From NCBI GenBank assembly GCA_943704425.1, contig CALSCP010000364.1, forward strand, positions 17,554 to 81,553: a stretch of DNA of 64,000 bases. Reading direction: 5' to 3'. The DNA comes from Ministeria vibrans ATCC 50519. Taxonomy: Eukaryota; Protista; Filasterea. The notes under the pieces were generated by a model. That model saw only the letters and a program-made list of their open reading frames with translations. It did no database searches and was not told where the DNA came from. Positions 37,188 through 51,736 of this stretch are shown in pieces (the first letter of the stretch is position 1; the number at the start of each line of letters is the position of its first letter). A program made the translations under genes and the position numbers.

Positions 37188-38004
37188 ATGAATCATCGTT
37201 TTCTTGGGCTTGCCATCCTCGTGTATGTTGTGTTCTGTCAACTCTACGATCTGCATCGGTACCCTTTTCGCGTTGTCGTTGCTCCTTCCTCTCAACGCTG
37301 GCAACTGCGTAGCCATGGTCCGACGGCATACTACAGTTACTTCTGGGTATGCACTGTGTCGATGCTCACCGCTGCGATGGGCCTCCTGATGAATTCCGAG
37401 ACGTTGTTTGGTTCGGGCAAAGACACACACGTCTCGTCGCTTAACTCTTTGTGCCACATAGTGTCTGGCACCATTCTTGCAATACCTGGGCATGTGTGCT
37501 ACCAGATTGACACTCTACTGTACTTGGCGGTGGGTGAGTTTCCGCTGAAACTAGCAATGGATGTGGCTGTAGGTAGGAAGGAAGTCGGTCTGCGACGCAC
37601 TATCCGCACCTTCTCATGTCGTTGTGGTGCTGTAGAGCCCTCGATGGTCGGCTGGTTTGTCACTCTTCACCACTTTTGGTTTCTTCCGGTGTGTTTCTAC
37701 GTGATGCTCCGTGGCCGTATGCGCGTCACGAAGCAACACACTCTACTCGCCTGTGCCATGATCAGTGTCCTGCGTGCCCTCACCAAGTAAAGCACCCAAA
37801 GAGGCATCCTTCTTCTTCTCTGTCTCTTCACCTACTCACGCCACCGCGCCCCTCTTCCTGCCACACAGATTATATCTTCCATCCAAGATACGTGTGGGGC
37901 GTCGTGTGATGAGCATCAACATTAACATGGTCGGCGGCGTGAACGAACTTGTAAACGTGCCTATTCTCGGTGCGTCTCTCTTCACTCCCATTTCGGTATG
38001 TCTA

Positions 38005-38079
<75 letters not shown>

Positions 38080-38366
38080 ATTATTAGTTGATTTCTTTTC
38101 TTTGTCGCCTTTGATTCTCTCTCCTTTGATTCTTTTTTTACTTCTGTATCGTTTTGGTTTCTTTTCCCCTTCCTCTCTCGTGGGGATAGTATGGCAGAGT
38201 AAGGGTTGTTCGTTGTTCTTACGTAGTGCACTGATCTCTTTAGACGCTCAGTCCATTCACTTACCATATCGCATCCACCGGTGTCTACTGTGCCGTCGCC
38301 ACCATTGCCTCTTTTCTTCTCAATGTTGCTCTCGCGCGACTGACTCCTCGACAGAAGAAGGTCTAG
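37188..38366 (+). CDS. Multi-pass membrane protein of unknown family (conserved-looking FWVC and LHHFWFLP motifs)
   Basis: Several hydrophobic exons. The inferred last exon reads TLSPFTYHIASTGVYCAVATIASFLLNVALARLTPRQKKV*. Confidence 0.6.
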
Positions 38367-39001
38367 TTGGACTATCGGGACTGGCTGCAAACCGCTGAAT
38401 CTCCGTACGCACTCAAGGGCGCGGTCGGCACGTGGAACGCGTAGCGGGCGTGCCGCTGGATACTGGCTTTTTTGTGCCACGCGCCACTTCACCAAGAGCG
38501 AACATACGCATTGTGCGGCACATTTGCGTCACCGAGTGTCGTTGAACTGCTCCTGGTGTGCGAAGGATGCGCTGGTGAAGGCGATTCCGACTCCCGCGTA
38601 TACGCGTGTATGGGCTGGCGGTGCTTGAGCGCTCTTCCGTGACCTTGAGGTAGTGTCATCGGCGAGTAACGCTTCTATCGTGCTACTCCACGACGAAGCA
38701 GAGCGCGTGGCGAGCCACGACTGCACAATGTGCTTGCGGAAACACTTCTCCTTCTGGCTTCTGCAGTCTGATTAAGTGATCTTTCGAAGAAGGACATGAT
38801 TATGTATAAGTGTAATAAATGTATAAGAGAGTAGACTGAGTAGTCAGTACTACTGACTACTTAGTAGGGAATTAGGGATAGAAAGTTAGATGGAATAGCA
38901 TCATTTCGTCAAAAAGATGTTTCGTTATTAGTCCGTTGAGTGAGTTTGAGTCAAAATTGAAAATTCTCAAAAAAAAAATTCATTTCTATTTGCTCGTCCC
39001 C

Positions 39002-39336
39002 ATGAATTCCTTATTATTAGCGCGTCTACCATTGCGAGCAGTAGGATGCGTGAGAGGCAGATCAATGGGTCTGAGCACTGCCGTTGCGCCAAGTAGTCGT
39101 GAAGCGAGCGAATCGCTTCCGTTTTGCGTCACTCGATCAAGCGGTGCGCTGCAGTCCCTCCCCTCCGCAAGACGCCAACGCATTCATTCCATTTCCTTGT
39201 AGTTGGCAATCTCCCTGTGTATCTGCGACGGACAGGCAACAAGAACGTGGCGGTAGGGCAGAGTGAACGTCGATTTCTTTGCCCTGTCTGTTCCTTCTCA
39301 CTTTCTTCCTCTCACTGTCTCACTGTGTTCGGTGTT

Positions 39337-39401
<65 letters not shown>

Positions 39402-39683
39402 TGTGTGTGGTGTGTGTGTGCGTCTGTATGTGTGGTCTCCCTTCGTCGTTCTCTCTCTGGCTTTTTTCCGTCTTCTTCCCTCTGTCTGACTTCTCTCTGT
39501 CTCTTCTCTCTTCTTTAGCCGAAGACACAAGTGCGACTGGTGACGGGCGACATTGATGCATTTGTGGCGCAGTGGCAGGAGGCTGTGGGGGTCCGCAAAG
39601 TGACGGTGAACCTGGCGACGGTGGTTGGGAACGGAAACCATGTTGTGCAGACCAAGGAGTGGCTCGCATCCCTCGGCTTCTAG
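39002..39683 (+). CDS. MRPL49: Mitochondrial ribosomal protein mL49 (Img2)
   Basis: Presequence-like N-terminus, then LPFCVTRS.VGNLPVY, TQVRLVTGDI and GNHVVQTKEWLASLGF*. Confidence 0.85.
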
Positions 39684-39934
39684 CCGCGATCGCTGGTCCA
39701 AGGTGTCGAATGGCGTGTCTGTCAAGGCGACTCTACTCTATGACCTGTTTAAGTGTACTGTACAAACCCTCTTTTTTTGTTGAGAAGCACGACCGTGTGG
39801 GGGTGACGGACTGACAACACAACGATTGTACTGATGATTACTCAAGTCCTAAGTCCGGAGTCCTCTACTCCTCTTTAGTCTTTGCTTTGTAATTTGTAAT
39901 TTGTCATATTTTTGTGACCGACCGTTCTCAGGGC

Positions 39935-42900
39935 ATGGCTGCACGTCTGCTGAAGGGGGTCAAGGGCCTGCGCGGGCGCGACTCCGACGCGTCTCGGCTG
40001 TCAAGCGCGTCCGAACCCGATGCTGCCGCAGCAGCGCCTGCGAACGAGCCTGCCAAGGTATCCGCCATGCGCGCGTCGGGCTGGCTGTTTCATCACGCCG
40101 CCCCGTTGCCCACTCTGCTCGTGTGTGGCGTCCCCGAGCCGCATTTGCGATGTTTGCTGACAAATTCGACAACGTCTTTCTTGCGCTGCCTCACCCGCCC
40201 ACCCGCCCATTCCCTCCATGGCCCGCTTGNNNNNNNNNNCCCCCCTCCTTCCTGCGTGCCCTTCTGGGCTCGGAGTCAAGCGAGAGAGGAGTACTTTTGG
40301 ACAGTCCTTTTTTTTCTTCTTTTTTTCTTTCTTTTTCTTGTTGAGCTCTTTGTTGACAATCTATTTTCATTGGGGTTGTGTTTTGCGCGCGATACTGACG
40401 CTGTGGTTCCCATTGCTACGCAGGTTCAGCGGAAGCGGCGCGAGGAGACCGACGAAGAGATTATTTCGACGATCGATAAGCGATATTACACACTTGAGTT
40501 TGACGGCAAGGAGTATGTGCTGGAGCATCTTGGAGGGGCCGACGTGCCGGTAGGGCGCCTTGGAGAAGAATTCGCCTCTCGCGACGCATTGACTCGTGCT
40601 CACCTCGCGTTGTCTTTGTAGAGAGACGACCTCGCCGAGCAACGCGATCGCCTGCTGCGCGCAGTGTCGTTCAACGATTCGCGACTGAGCACACTTGTCA
40701 TGGACAATCACAAATCGTTTGTGCAAGAGGTAGCTCATTGACAATGGCAACCATGGCTGCGTTTGATGTTTCTCTGTGATTCTCCTTCTCTCTCTCTCTT
40801 CTTCTTCATCTTCCCTATATTCATCTTCTCTTCTTCTTCATCTTCTCTTTTGTCAGTTGCAACGAGTTGTCGAGGTGCAAAAGGAGCTGCAGCGAGCAGC
40901 AGTTATTTGCAAGAACGAGCGCCGTTTGCTGAGTTCGGCTGCCGAAGGAATCAACACGGGTGCTTTGTCGGTAAGTTATTGCAAGAAGGCGGACACCCCC
41001 TAGCTGATGTGGTATCTGACCTCACTTCTTTGCCTTTGCGTCGGTCATTTTCAGATTATGGCGTTGCACCGCCGACGGCAGAATCTTGTGCGACTGAACG
41101 AAGTGTGTGCGGGGATCCAGGAAATTGTGACCAAGTACAAGGAACTGCGCAATGCCATTGCGGCGACAGACTATCCCACGGCCATTGCGTTATGTGCGCA
41201 GTGCCAGGCGGGCGTCGTACGCTACCGTCGCTTCAACTGCGTTTCGACCATGCGCTACAAGATTGACGATGCCTACAAAGTCATTGAGGTATTGCAATTG
41301 GCCAGTTGACGAGCTGCATCACGACCAATGTCTCACTGTCTTTTTTATTTTCATTTTTTTTGTACCTCTTTATTCTGTAGGAGTGCCTTGAGGAGGAGAG
41401 CAAGCAAATGTGCCTGCAATTTGATATTCGGCGTTACCAGCGGGTTTTGTCCGCCTATAAGATGCTCAACAAGTCGCAGCGGGCCATCGACCAGCTGCAT
41501 CTGACCTTCTCGTCGACTCTCTCCAGTGTCTGCTTTGATCTTGTCTTCAAGTTTGTCAAGTTGTCAACCAAGCGGGGCAAGCAGCGCTCGTCGACGCTGG
41601 AGCAAATGCGCGAGAGCCAGTCGTATCGCGAGCTGTGTGGTCTAGTGGACACAACGACGCAGTTTATGCCGGCTCTGCTGGAGGTGTGTGGGTCGCTCTG
41701 TGACGTCATGCACAGTCACTACCAGCTCAACGAGTGGCACCGTCGCAGCCAGGAGGAGGAGGAGCAGGAATCGGACTTTATCGACGATGCCGACGATGAG
41801 CCCTCCGTGACCGCTGTCGACCGCGACACACGCACGGCACTCGCCCAAAAACGTCGCGCCGACATCACCGCTAAGCTCGCCAAGGGACGACGCGCCATTT
41901 GGGACGAGTCACAGAAACTCCTCGGCACCTTTGTGTCGTCGCAGCGACACATGTCGTCGCTAAAGTTTGACGATTTCTTGCGTCTACTCGACATTTTGCA
42001 GCTGTTTGTCAATGTGGGCGAACGCTACGCCGGCAAAGGATCATCGGAGATATTGCAGAAGATGATCCGTCTCAAGAGCGTCGATTACTTCCGGGCCTTC
42101 CACCGTGGCCACATGGAAGACTTGCGTGCCATGCTTGAAAACGAGGCGTGGCAACGGTGCCCTCTTTCCGCCTCCTTTACCATTTATCACCTCAAGGAGT
42201 TTCACTTTATGCGCACCGGCCGTGCATCGTCGTCGGCAGCCTCGAGTGCCGCTGCGGCCGCCAGTGGAAGTGTCGCGACGGCGGGTGCATTTTCTGCCAC
42301 GGCACTGAGCAACGTGGCGCGCTTTTTTGACCAATACGATCAGTTTGGCGAAGGGGGCGGCGCGGCCTGCTTTAGCAACCTGTGCAACCGATCGCTTGCG
42401 CGCGCAGGCGAGGCCAAAGATATCAATTTGGTGGACGAGGGGGAAGGGGACGGGGCGGTTGGCGGAGGGGGCGCTGCCAAGAGAGGTGGCGATGGCGACA
42501 ACAACAACGACGACAACGACGATGATGACGATGACGATGATGTCGACGAGGAGCTCAAGGGCGACTTTGTCAATGAGAACACGGGCGATGATTCCGCAAC
42601 AGGATTGGACCGGCGCTCGGCAACGACGTCGTCTGTGTCGTCACAGAAACGTCGGCGCCACTCCATGGCACTTTCCGCGGACGGCACCGACTCAGAAGGA
42701 GTGCACGGCTCGATTTTGGCGACGACCACGCTCAACTATGCGCGTCTCATTGGGCGCTACATTGAAATTATGCAGCGCCTCGAGCCAATTGCGTTTGACG
42801 TACTTGTCGGCATGTCGCAGATTTTCGAGTACTACCTGTATGCGGTGTACTCGTTCTTTGGGCTTGACGAGGCCGGCTCGGCCATGGCTGGCGGTGGCGG

Positions 42901-44579
42901 AACCTCTGGTGGAGGAGGTGCGAGTGCAGCCGCACACAACCTCATGGCACACGGCTCCAACGCACTCGGCATTTCGCTCAACTCGCAGCAGCAGCACATG
43001 CCTGATCTGCTCAGTGCAATGCCTCCCCGTCTCCGCTCCACTCTCAACCGACTGCGCGCAACCATGATGGAGCGTCGTTCTGCCGATAACCCCACGACCA
43101 CTCTTGGTACGTGAATGAGCGAGTACTTTGTGCGTACAGTGTGAGAAATATAGGGGGGAGAAAGAACATACTGATAGAGAGAGAGGAGGGAGGGAGAAAG
43201 AACACAGAAAAAACAAAGTGATAGAGAGAGAGAGAGAGAGAGAGAAAGAAAGATAGAGAGTGTGTATGTGTGTGATAGGGTGAGAGAGGTGAGTGCACGT
43301 TTCATTTTTCATACTTTTTTTTGGCAGGTGGCACGACGGCGGGAAGCAACGAGCTCATTGGGTTTGCGCCGCCACGTCTCTCATCGATGGTCCGCCTCAA
43401 CTCGCCTGACACTGTCTATGCACTGAGTGAGCGCATCACAGCCACCGAGTCGCTCGTGTTTCTGTACGATGTGCTCACGTCGCTCAAGGTCTTGCAAGCA
43501 TTGGATGTTTGAGTCTCTTTTTTATTAATGCCGTGTTTTGTTTTCTTCTTTTTTTTTCTTTTTTTTTTGTGGTTGTGCATGTAGGGAAAGCTGCAGGCGA
43601 TGGTACCGCAGCACTCTGTGGCGTATCTGTCGCAATTTTACTCACAAGAGGTTGACATTGTGCCTGACTTGCGTGTTCACATTTACAAAGTGATGGCCTC
43701 CAAGGTCACCAGCCTGGACAAGGTAGGTGGTGTATTCGAGTGCGACTATTGCAAGTCCGTGTTGTGTGTGACACTTGCTTGTGCTTGCATGCAGGTGTTG
43801 TCCCTGATGAATCAGGTCCGGTGGGACGTGAAAGAGATTCGGTCCGAGCACAACAGCTATGTGAATTTGCTTGTGAGTGAACTTGAGACCTTTTCCCGCC
43901 GACTTTCCGACATGTAAGTTGACATTAATAATAATGATTGATTGTATTATTGTTTTTTTATTTGTTCATTTTTGCTATTATTATTATTATTATTATTATA
44001 TTATTATTATTATTATTATTATTGTTGTTGTTGTTGTTATTATTATTATTGTTATTATTTTCATTATTATTATTATTATTATTGTTATTATTATTATTAT
44101 TGTTGTTATTGTTATTATTTTGTTATTATTATGTTTTTATTGTTATTATTATTATTTTAATATTGTTGTTGATTTTTTGCAGGGGTGGAGTTGCACCTGC
44201 GGCCGAGAATGAATTGTGGCGGCAGTCACTGGAGCGGATCATGGAGACGCTGGTGGAAGGGTTTGCGAGCACAGGGCGCAAGTGCACGAACGAGGGACGT
44301 GCACTGATGATGATTGACTTTCGGCAGTTGCTGTCCAAGGTCGAGAAACTGACGACGCTGCGGCCCATTCCGCGCATAGACTATGTGCAAAACTACGTCC
44401 AGGCGTACTACAGCGACGAGGGTGACCTGGAGCGCTTCATCCGCACCCATCGCGAGTACACGGCACGACAGCTCACCGCTCTCATTGAATGCGTTCCCGG
44501 AATTCCCCAGAAGCGTCAGACCCGTCAACGTCTCAAGAATCTCATTGAGGAGGTTGACAAGAAGCGCCTTAACTTGTAA
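39935..44579 (+). CDS. VPS50: Syndetin, EARP complex subunit (multi-exon)
   Basis: KSVDYFRAFH..HMEDLRAMLENEAWQRCP, QIFEYYLYAV and LVEGFA...KCTNEGRALMMIDF...YVQNYVQAYY. Confidence 0.92.
43975..44160. repeat. (TTA/TTG)n microsatellite, intronic
   Basis: Seen directly in the sequence. Confidence 0.95.
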
Positions 44580-45014
44580 TTTCAATTTTGTGTGCAGGAC
44601 TGCAATTTTTATTGTTCGTATTGAATCTTACGTAACTCTTCCCTTCCCCATTCTTGTAACGAAAGGGGTACTGGCCCTGAGATATTTCTTCTTGGGCTTA
44701 TGTCGGCCGGTCGAATCTTATTTCTGACTACATAGTATAGCAGGCGGCGTGTTTCGGTCATAACAATAATTATTATTATATTTTATGATAGTGATATTTT
44801 CTAGTTAAACTTTCAGGTGACTTTCATTGATACAAGCCAACATGAAACTCTCAGTCTTGATAACAACACTGCCTATCACTAGCAGTCTTGCTGACTGGGA
44901 AGACCCAAGACACCCATCCCTCTCACTCCACAATCCGCACTCGGGTTGTTCAGCACGAGTTCTACAAGTTACTTTTATGATAGTGATAGTGTGTAATTAT
45001 AGTGACAAGGAGAG

Positions 45015-46122
45015 CTACGACTCTAACTCGGAAGCAAGCACGGTTTCGGCGTCTTCGTCATCGTTCGAAACGAAAACAGAAGGCTCGGCGGCACCGACAG
45101 TGGCGAAAGAATCTGCGCTTGCATCGTCTGCAAGTGACTCAACTGTGAGCTGCGAGTTGGTGAATGCAAGAGCGTCGGCGACGTTGACGGGCAGGCCTTC
45201 GCGCCAGGAGACGGAACGCGTCAGGGCAAAGTTGAGGTCGTGTGTGAAAGGATTGGGTTGGCCGCGTGGTTGGCGGGTGGGAGCACAGGCTGGCGTGCCG
45301 GAAGAAGAGTCACCATTGGCGGCGGCAGCAGTCAGTTTCATTGGACGACGCACGACCTCGAGATGTCGTGCAAAACGCGGACGATTGCCCAACGACACTT
45401 CGACGTAGGCAACGCTGGTGTTACTGCGCGGCTCAGTTGCAGTCTTGAAATCCTTTTTGGCGAAGGTAGCCGTCACGGATTCGGCAGTACCGTCGTTGGC
45501 GGGACGTGACACGACACCCGTGCTGGTTTTCTCATCGTACGACACCAGCAAGCCATTGGGAATCGCGATCTCGCGTGACACAATGGCAACGTCGACGGCC
45601 GAGGGCGTGTTGTCTTGGCGATTCGTTGCCACCCGAAACGTCACGTCCTCGTTGAGTTGGAGAGTCGGTTGCGCTGCCGTCACGCGTGCCACATGGTACG
45701 CAATAGTCCTCTCACAAGTCGACTCCTTCTCCTCCTTCTCCCCCTCCTCCGCAGTCGAGTACGTAATGGTACCCACTCCGTCGCCTTCGGTCGCGAGTTT
45801 CGTCACACGTCCGTTCCATACGGTGTCAGGAGTGTCCTACGACGGGAAATGATCATGAATCATGATGACTATAAATAATTATTATGTTTTTCATACTTCG
45901 ATGACGTGCAACGGAGTGCTTGAAGGCGCCCAGCGTTGGATAAACGTGGAGGAAAACTCGACGACAACAAGAGCGCTTTTGGCGGGCTTGGCGTGCCGAG
46001 AGCGCGACAATTTGACGTCTTTGAAGATAATTGCGGGGTCTGTGAGTGATTGGAAGGCATACGTGCGGTCCCCAGTCGCAAAAATGACACCCTAAATGAG
46101 CATAATGATGATGATGATGATG

Positions 46123-46191
<69 letters not shown>

Positions 46192-46211
46192 GTAATAATA
46201 CTACTACTAAC

Positions 46212-46246
<35 letters not shown>

Positions 46247-48138
46247 CTTACGTAGTGCTGATTGTTGAATTGGATGCGTCGCAACGACTTGATGGAGGTG
46301 TCTTTGGTGCGGCAATTGTAAACGACCTCGCACGAAACAATATCGCCCCCTTCGGGTCCCCACGCGGGCACTTTCCATTCGGACTGGAGTTCGACAGGTC
46401 TCATTTGTGAACGGTCCACACGTATTGTTTCGTTGCCAACGACACTGGCTAGCCGGTTGACCTTGATGCGCAAAGCGTTGCTGGGGTCGGAGGGGAGAGG
46501 TGGGAGCAGCTCGCTCTCGATCGGTTCGGCTTCTTCAAAGACAGCTCGCTCGCCGGCGGGCAGTTTGTGAATACGCACAGGGACGTGGGACGAACGTCGG
46601 GGGTACAGGTTGAACGAGACGTGATCGCCGACGCGGGGACACTCGAGATTGTTGCTATCATAATACTGAGCATCGATCACACACGGAAGGTCCTCGTTGC
46701 GACTCGCACAGTGTATCGTAAAGAAATCGCCGCGGGTGCGAGGCGAATCGAGCCGGCCCTTCTCGCGATCTGCTTCCTCGTAATGCATGTGCTTCACCAG
46801 CTGGATTTGCACAGCATGTTTTGTTTTAGAGATACGGTCGTAGGCGACGACAAAAGAGACAGTGTCGCCGCACATGTACGTGTCAGAGGGACTTTCAAGG
46901 CGAGACAGGTCACTAGCGCCAAACTTGATACAGGAGACGCGACCTTGGTCTGGCTGTGACGAGCCATCGTCTAACTCAATCTCGCCGGTGTAGTCGTGTG
47001 CTCGGCGCTGTGTGCCACGAAATCGCGACGCCGTGTGCGCTGATGCAGACGCAGATGCAGGCAGGGAGATGTGTCCTTCGGACTTTTCCAGCAACTTGTC
47101 GCGCGAAACGGTACCGGATGGCAGCGAGAAAATGTTGCATGCTTCGAGTTTGCCTTTGACAAGACGCACGGTGTACGACACACTGGCACCGGGCTGAAGT
47201 CCAATGTTGGAGTTCCCTCGCTGCTGCTGCTGCTGCTGCTGCTTCTCTTGCCATTGCTGTCGATGCAACCCTTGTCTGGGGTTCGCTGGCAAACCTCGCT
47301 CCCACTTTTGGCCGTTGATCCCATCCCCACTGCCCAAGAGCGGCGCACCACGCGATTGTGCTCTATCGTCGTCGCCATGCCCGTAGACACGGTCGCTGGC
47401 TTCGCCGTTGTCGTTATCGTTGTCGTTGTCGTCGTCGTCGTCATCATCATCATCATCATCGTCGCCACTGTCGTACTTTCCCGCGTACTCGTCGAAGCGG
47501 AAGTAAATGTCGGGGGTGTCCTCGTCGTCGTCTGGGTTACACGGCACGATGAAGCCAAAGTTTTCGAGGACGGTCTTGACAATGCCGTGATTCTTTTTGG
47601 CAGGCGACTCGACGCGGACATTGCGCGCCCGCACGTTGTGGCAATGCGGCTGGGACGAGAGCGCTGGGGGCAGGTTGAAACGTACGATGTCACCAAAGTG
47701 AGGAAGGGAGTCGCAGTGAGCGTCCATGCGAAACACGACTTCGCTTTGGCTAGGTAGGCGTGGTTTGATGAGATTGGACAATTTCGAAGCAAACTCGACG
47801 TTTTTGCAGTCATCGGTGAGGTAGCGAATGCGGCCGGGGCGAGGGAGTTCGCGGGGACGGAGTCTGCCGGTGGACGGCTCGTCGATGACGACGCCGAGAC
47901 ACGACGCCTTCTCATCCTGCTCGCGAAGGCGTCTGGCGTGATGGTCCTCGCTGTACAGTTCAACGACGTCGGCCTTGGAGTCGGCGGCATCAACGTGGAA
48001 CACTACTCGATCATGGGTCTTCAAGGCGCGGAAGGAGCCGCGCACGGCGCTCGCGTGGAAGAACCACCGCTGCGACGTGATGGAGGAGACTACAAAGCCA
48101 TAGGAGTCGTGCAAGGAGCGGATGTCGCCGTCGTCCAT
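45015..48138 (-). CDS. CSDE1: Multi-cold-shock-domain RNA-binding protein, CSDE1/Unr-like
   Basis: Repeated CSD-like units (GDIRSLHDSYGFV..WFFHAS, GIVKTVLENFGFI, GD.VSF) and a SUZ-C-like PTRQPRG near the C-terminus. Confidence 0.72.
46102..46243. repeat. (TGA)n(TAA)n microsatellite, intronic
   Basis: Seen directly in the sequence. Confidence 0.95.
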
Positions 48139-49157
48139 CAGCTGCGTTGTGAGACAATGACAGAATTATATATTTATTATATTATATATAAAAAAAAAAA
48201 AAAAAAAATACAACAGCCGAACGCTCTGCTTGTAAGGCACGATAGAAGAGAAGGGAGCGGTAGAATCTCAAGGCACAACGGGTATAAACGGATTCGCATC
48301 ACACAGGCGTGAGAGAAGGTCCATAGGTGGCGTAGGGAGACGGATGAACTTTTGAGGGTTCGTCTGTTTTGAGGGTCACCCTCAAAAAAACAAACTTTCG
48401 GTCGGATGGACAATTTCAAGAGTGCGGAAAATGGGTTAGGAGCATTGCGGAGAGGCGTTGGTGGGGCACATTAAAGTTGTTGAAATGCATTAGCAGTCCA
48501 GCCCAACTTGCGATGGCGTAGGTGCCACATCACGTCAGCTTGGGGGGTTTTCTTTTTTTTTTTTCTTTTTTTTCCTCGTTTAATATTTGTATGTGCTTAA
48601 ATTTGCACGGCATAATGAGAAATGTGTGGGTCTGGGAAGGGTATGCTTCAAAGCGACTTCAGCAACTCAAAATAAAGGCGAAATAAACCGAAAATCAAAA
48701 ATAATCGGTATGTTGTCATAAATGAGCCTTCATACTATGCGTCGGCAGCGTCGCTCACGGATTGGCCCCAGTTCAGGCCAGTTGGTTGTAACAAAATGTT
48801 TCGAGAGAATCAGGAAAACTGGTCACTGAATAAATAAATTTAAATTGCGTTTTATTGCGATTTGCGAAAATATAGCTGATTCTGATTTTTCTAACCCGCG
48901 CGACACCCTCTCGAAATTCATAGCACACCTGCTGGTGAACTGTCCACATATCCAAAGCAGCTGCAGCCTACCGTGTACACGATTAAAAGAACGCGCTTGG
49001 GGGCTGGTCGGACGCGGACAGCACAGCGCAAAGCACTTTGCGACAAGCAGCCGATCGCGCGGCGACTCTCTTCGTGAGGCCCTGTCGCTCTGATGACACT
49101 TCATTGCTATCCGATGACAAGTAGACATTTTTTTTTATCACCCACTGTCAAGCACTC

Positions 49158-49707
49158 ATGGCACTCGACGGGAGGCTGCCCACTGCGCGCCTTGGCGCCC
49201 ACGAGAAGCAGACGGAGCGCTCCAGCGAGAATCGACCCGATCCTCTCTTTTGCTACGACATCGAAGCCGAGGTGAGCACCCCCACCTGCTGCACAGATCA
49301 TCTAGACTCCCATGAGTTGTGTTTCTCTCCGCAAACTTCGTCTCCGTCGCTCCCTTCAAAGGGTCACGGGGGTTCATTTTTTGACTCATCCCTTGAAGGA
49401 GAGATAAAAAAAAAAAACGCTCTCTCCCTCCATTCCTCACACTCACGTCCATGCGTACTCTAGGTCATTGGGGCTGCCACCATCTATCGCGATGACATCC
49501 CCCAGGTACTCCCCAATAACTGCCTTCGTCTCGTTTTGCGCAGTCCGGCCTAAAATAAAGCTTGAACTTTTTTAGTTTGTTGCCTATGAGATCCGCGTGA
49601 GTGTTGGCGACAAGCACTGGACCATTTTACGGCGCTACTCTGACTTTGAAAAGGTCCATCGGCAGCTTCAGATTGCGGTGAGCGTGGCAGACGCCAAAGC
49701 CAGTACG

Positions 49708-49758
<51 letters not shown>

Positions 49759-51218
49759 TATGTCTTTGGATGTCTTTGGATGTCTTTGTGTGTGTGTGTG
49801 TGTGTCTGTATGTCTTTGTGTATGTGTGTATGTGTGTGTCTTTGTATGTCTTTGTGTGCGTGTGTGTGTGTCTTTGTGTGTGTGTGTGTGTCGTGGTATG
49901 TCTTTGTGTGTGTGACCTTGAGCATGCATTTGTGCATGTACTTGTGCATGCATTTGTGTGTCTTTGTGGTGCGTTATCGTAGTACTTATTCAACTTTATG
50001 CACTGTAGAGAAAATCCAACTCCCTACAAAGAGAATCATCAAGTCCGACAAATTCGACCCGGACTTTATCATTTCAAGACGGAAAGAGTTGGGAAGGTGA
50101 AGAGGCGGAGGAAATGAAGAAAAAGTGTTTCACTTCACTGAACTGGCCCCTTTTTCCCCGTCAGATATCTCAATTCGATTTTGCGCACACCAAGTTTCCG
50201 TATGTCGTCGGCTTTGCGAAAGTTCCTTGACGAGACGTACGCCAACGATGGCGACAATGACGGATGGCTCAAACAAATAGGTATCATAGAGGAGTTGTCG
50301 TGGTCACGCTGCAATGTCAAACCCCCCATTTTTTTTTCCATGTCAGGCAACATCTTCTCAAAGCTACTGGATACACTAGCGTCGGACATGGCCAACGGCT
50401 CGACGCGGTCGGTCTCGTCGTCTGCGTCTGGGCGCCACGGCCACCGCCAACCACGCAGTTCCTCCTCCTCCTCTCCGTCCACCACCTCGCCCTCTTCCCA
50501 GACTCGCTCATCTGGTCGCTCTTCCGGTCGCTCATCCGGTCGTTCATCCGGTCGCTCTTCTGCCTCTTCGTCGCGCTCTCCATCTCCTTCGCGGCGCGCC
50601 TCAGACGACTCTTCGCGCCAACACGCGTTCAACAAAGCCCTTCAGAAGCAACAGTACGAAGAGCATCAGCGCCAACAGAGCTCCTACTGGGCCACCCAGC
50701 CCAACCCACATCGTCTCACTGGCGACCTTTGGCGCTCAGGTACTCAGCCCTCGGAACCCGCCTCTACACCGAGTGTCAACAGTAGCGGCAACGCCACGAG
50801 CACACCACCGACCCCCACTGGTGACGCAGACTCGGCCATGTCGCTTCACCGTCTCCTCGACAGCAACACACCCATCACTATCCCTCTTCCGGGCATCAAC
50901 AAGCCCATACCCAAACGCGTCCTCTCCCTCCGCACCGCCTATGACTACGAACGCATTCGTCCTCGCCACGGCACACCACCAACCAGATCTCGCGACTCTG
51001 GCTCTTTCCGTCCCTCCTCCCCAAACTCACCCTCCCGCCGTTCCAGCTCCTCTTCCTCCTCCTCCTCCGCCGTCGCCTCCGCCTCTTCTCCCTCCGCCGC
51101 CCGACCCGCTCTCCCCCCAGCTGACTCAAACGAGACTCGCGCGCGCCTCTTTCTTCGTGACTACCAAAGACACCGCTTTGGCATGAGAGCGGCGAGACTA
51201 CCTAAAGCTGTCCAATAG
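49158..51218 (+). CDS. PX-domain protein with a Ser/Pro-rich disordered C-terminus
   Basis: [48 protein letters not shown]...LRKFLD form a PX domain. Confidence 0.85.
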
Positions 51219-51320
51219 TAGTAGTATTCATCTTGAGTTGTACATTTACAAAAGACGTAACCTTATCTAACCAGAGAGAGAAAAAAATAAACAAAATTAA
51301 CTTATTACACATATCTCTCT

Positions 51321-51698
51321 TCATGTCTGAATCAGGATCGCGGAAGAGCAGTGCGCTCGCATCGCTGGCGAAGAAGAGCGCTCGCTCCACTCACGGCGTA
51401 CGTGTCGGCCCATCCATCCCGTCCCTGCCCCTCTGCCCCGTCCCCTCGCCCGCCTCCCGACCCCCTCCCTCTCCCATTCCGACATCTTCTTGGTGGCAAT
51501 GGCGTTGCTTCCGCCCCCGCGCTCGCTCCTGCTGTGCTGCAGACGGGGTTCGTTGGGTGGTTTTACAACAAAAACAGATGTGTCTCGTCCCGCGCAAGAA
51601 AAACCCATAGGCCACCCTTGCTGACCCATCCCGCGTCGCTGCCACACAGCACACCCCTGCTGGCGTCACTTCCAATCCCAACCATTCTCACTTTTCTC

Positions 51699-51736
<38 letters not shown>

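Noticed and set aside
38370-38800. Possible small minus-strand gene convergent with the membrane protein
   Set aside because: GC-rich and open in parts, but no consistent exon chain or recognisable product.
43877-46410. Poly-Leu/Ile/Tyr/Asn ORFs that look like membrane or prion proteins
   Set aside because: They come from intronic (TTA)n/(TAA)n repeats.
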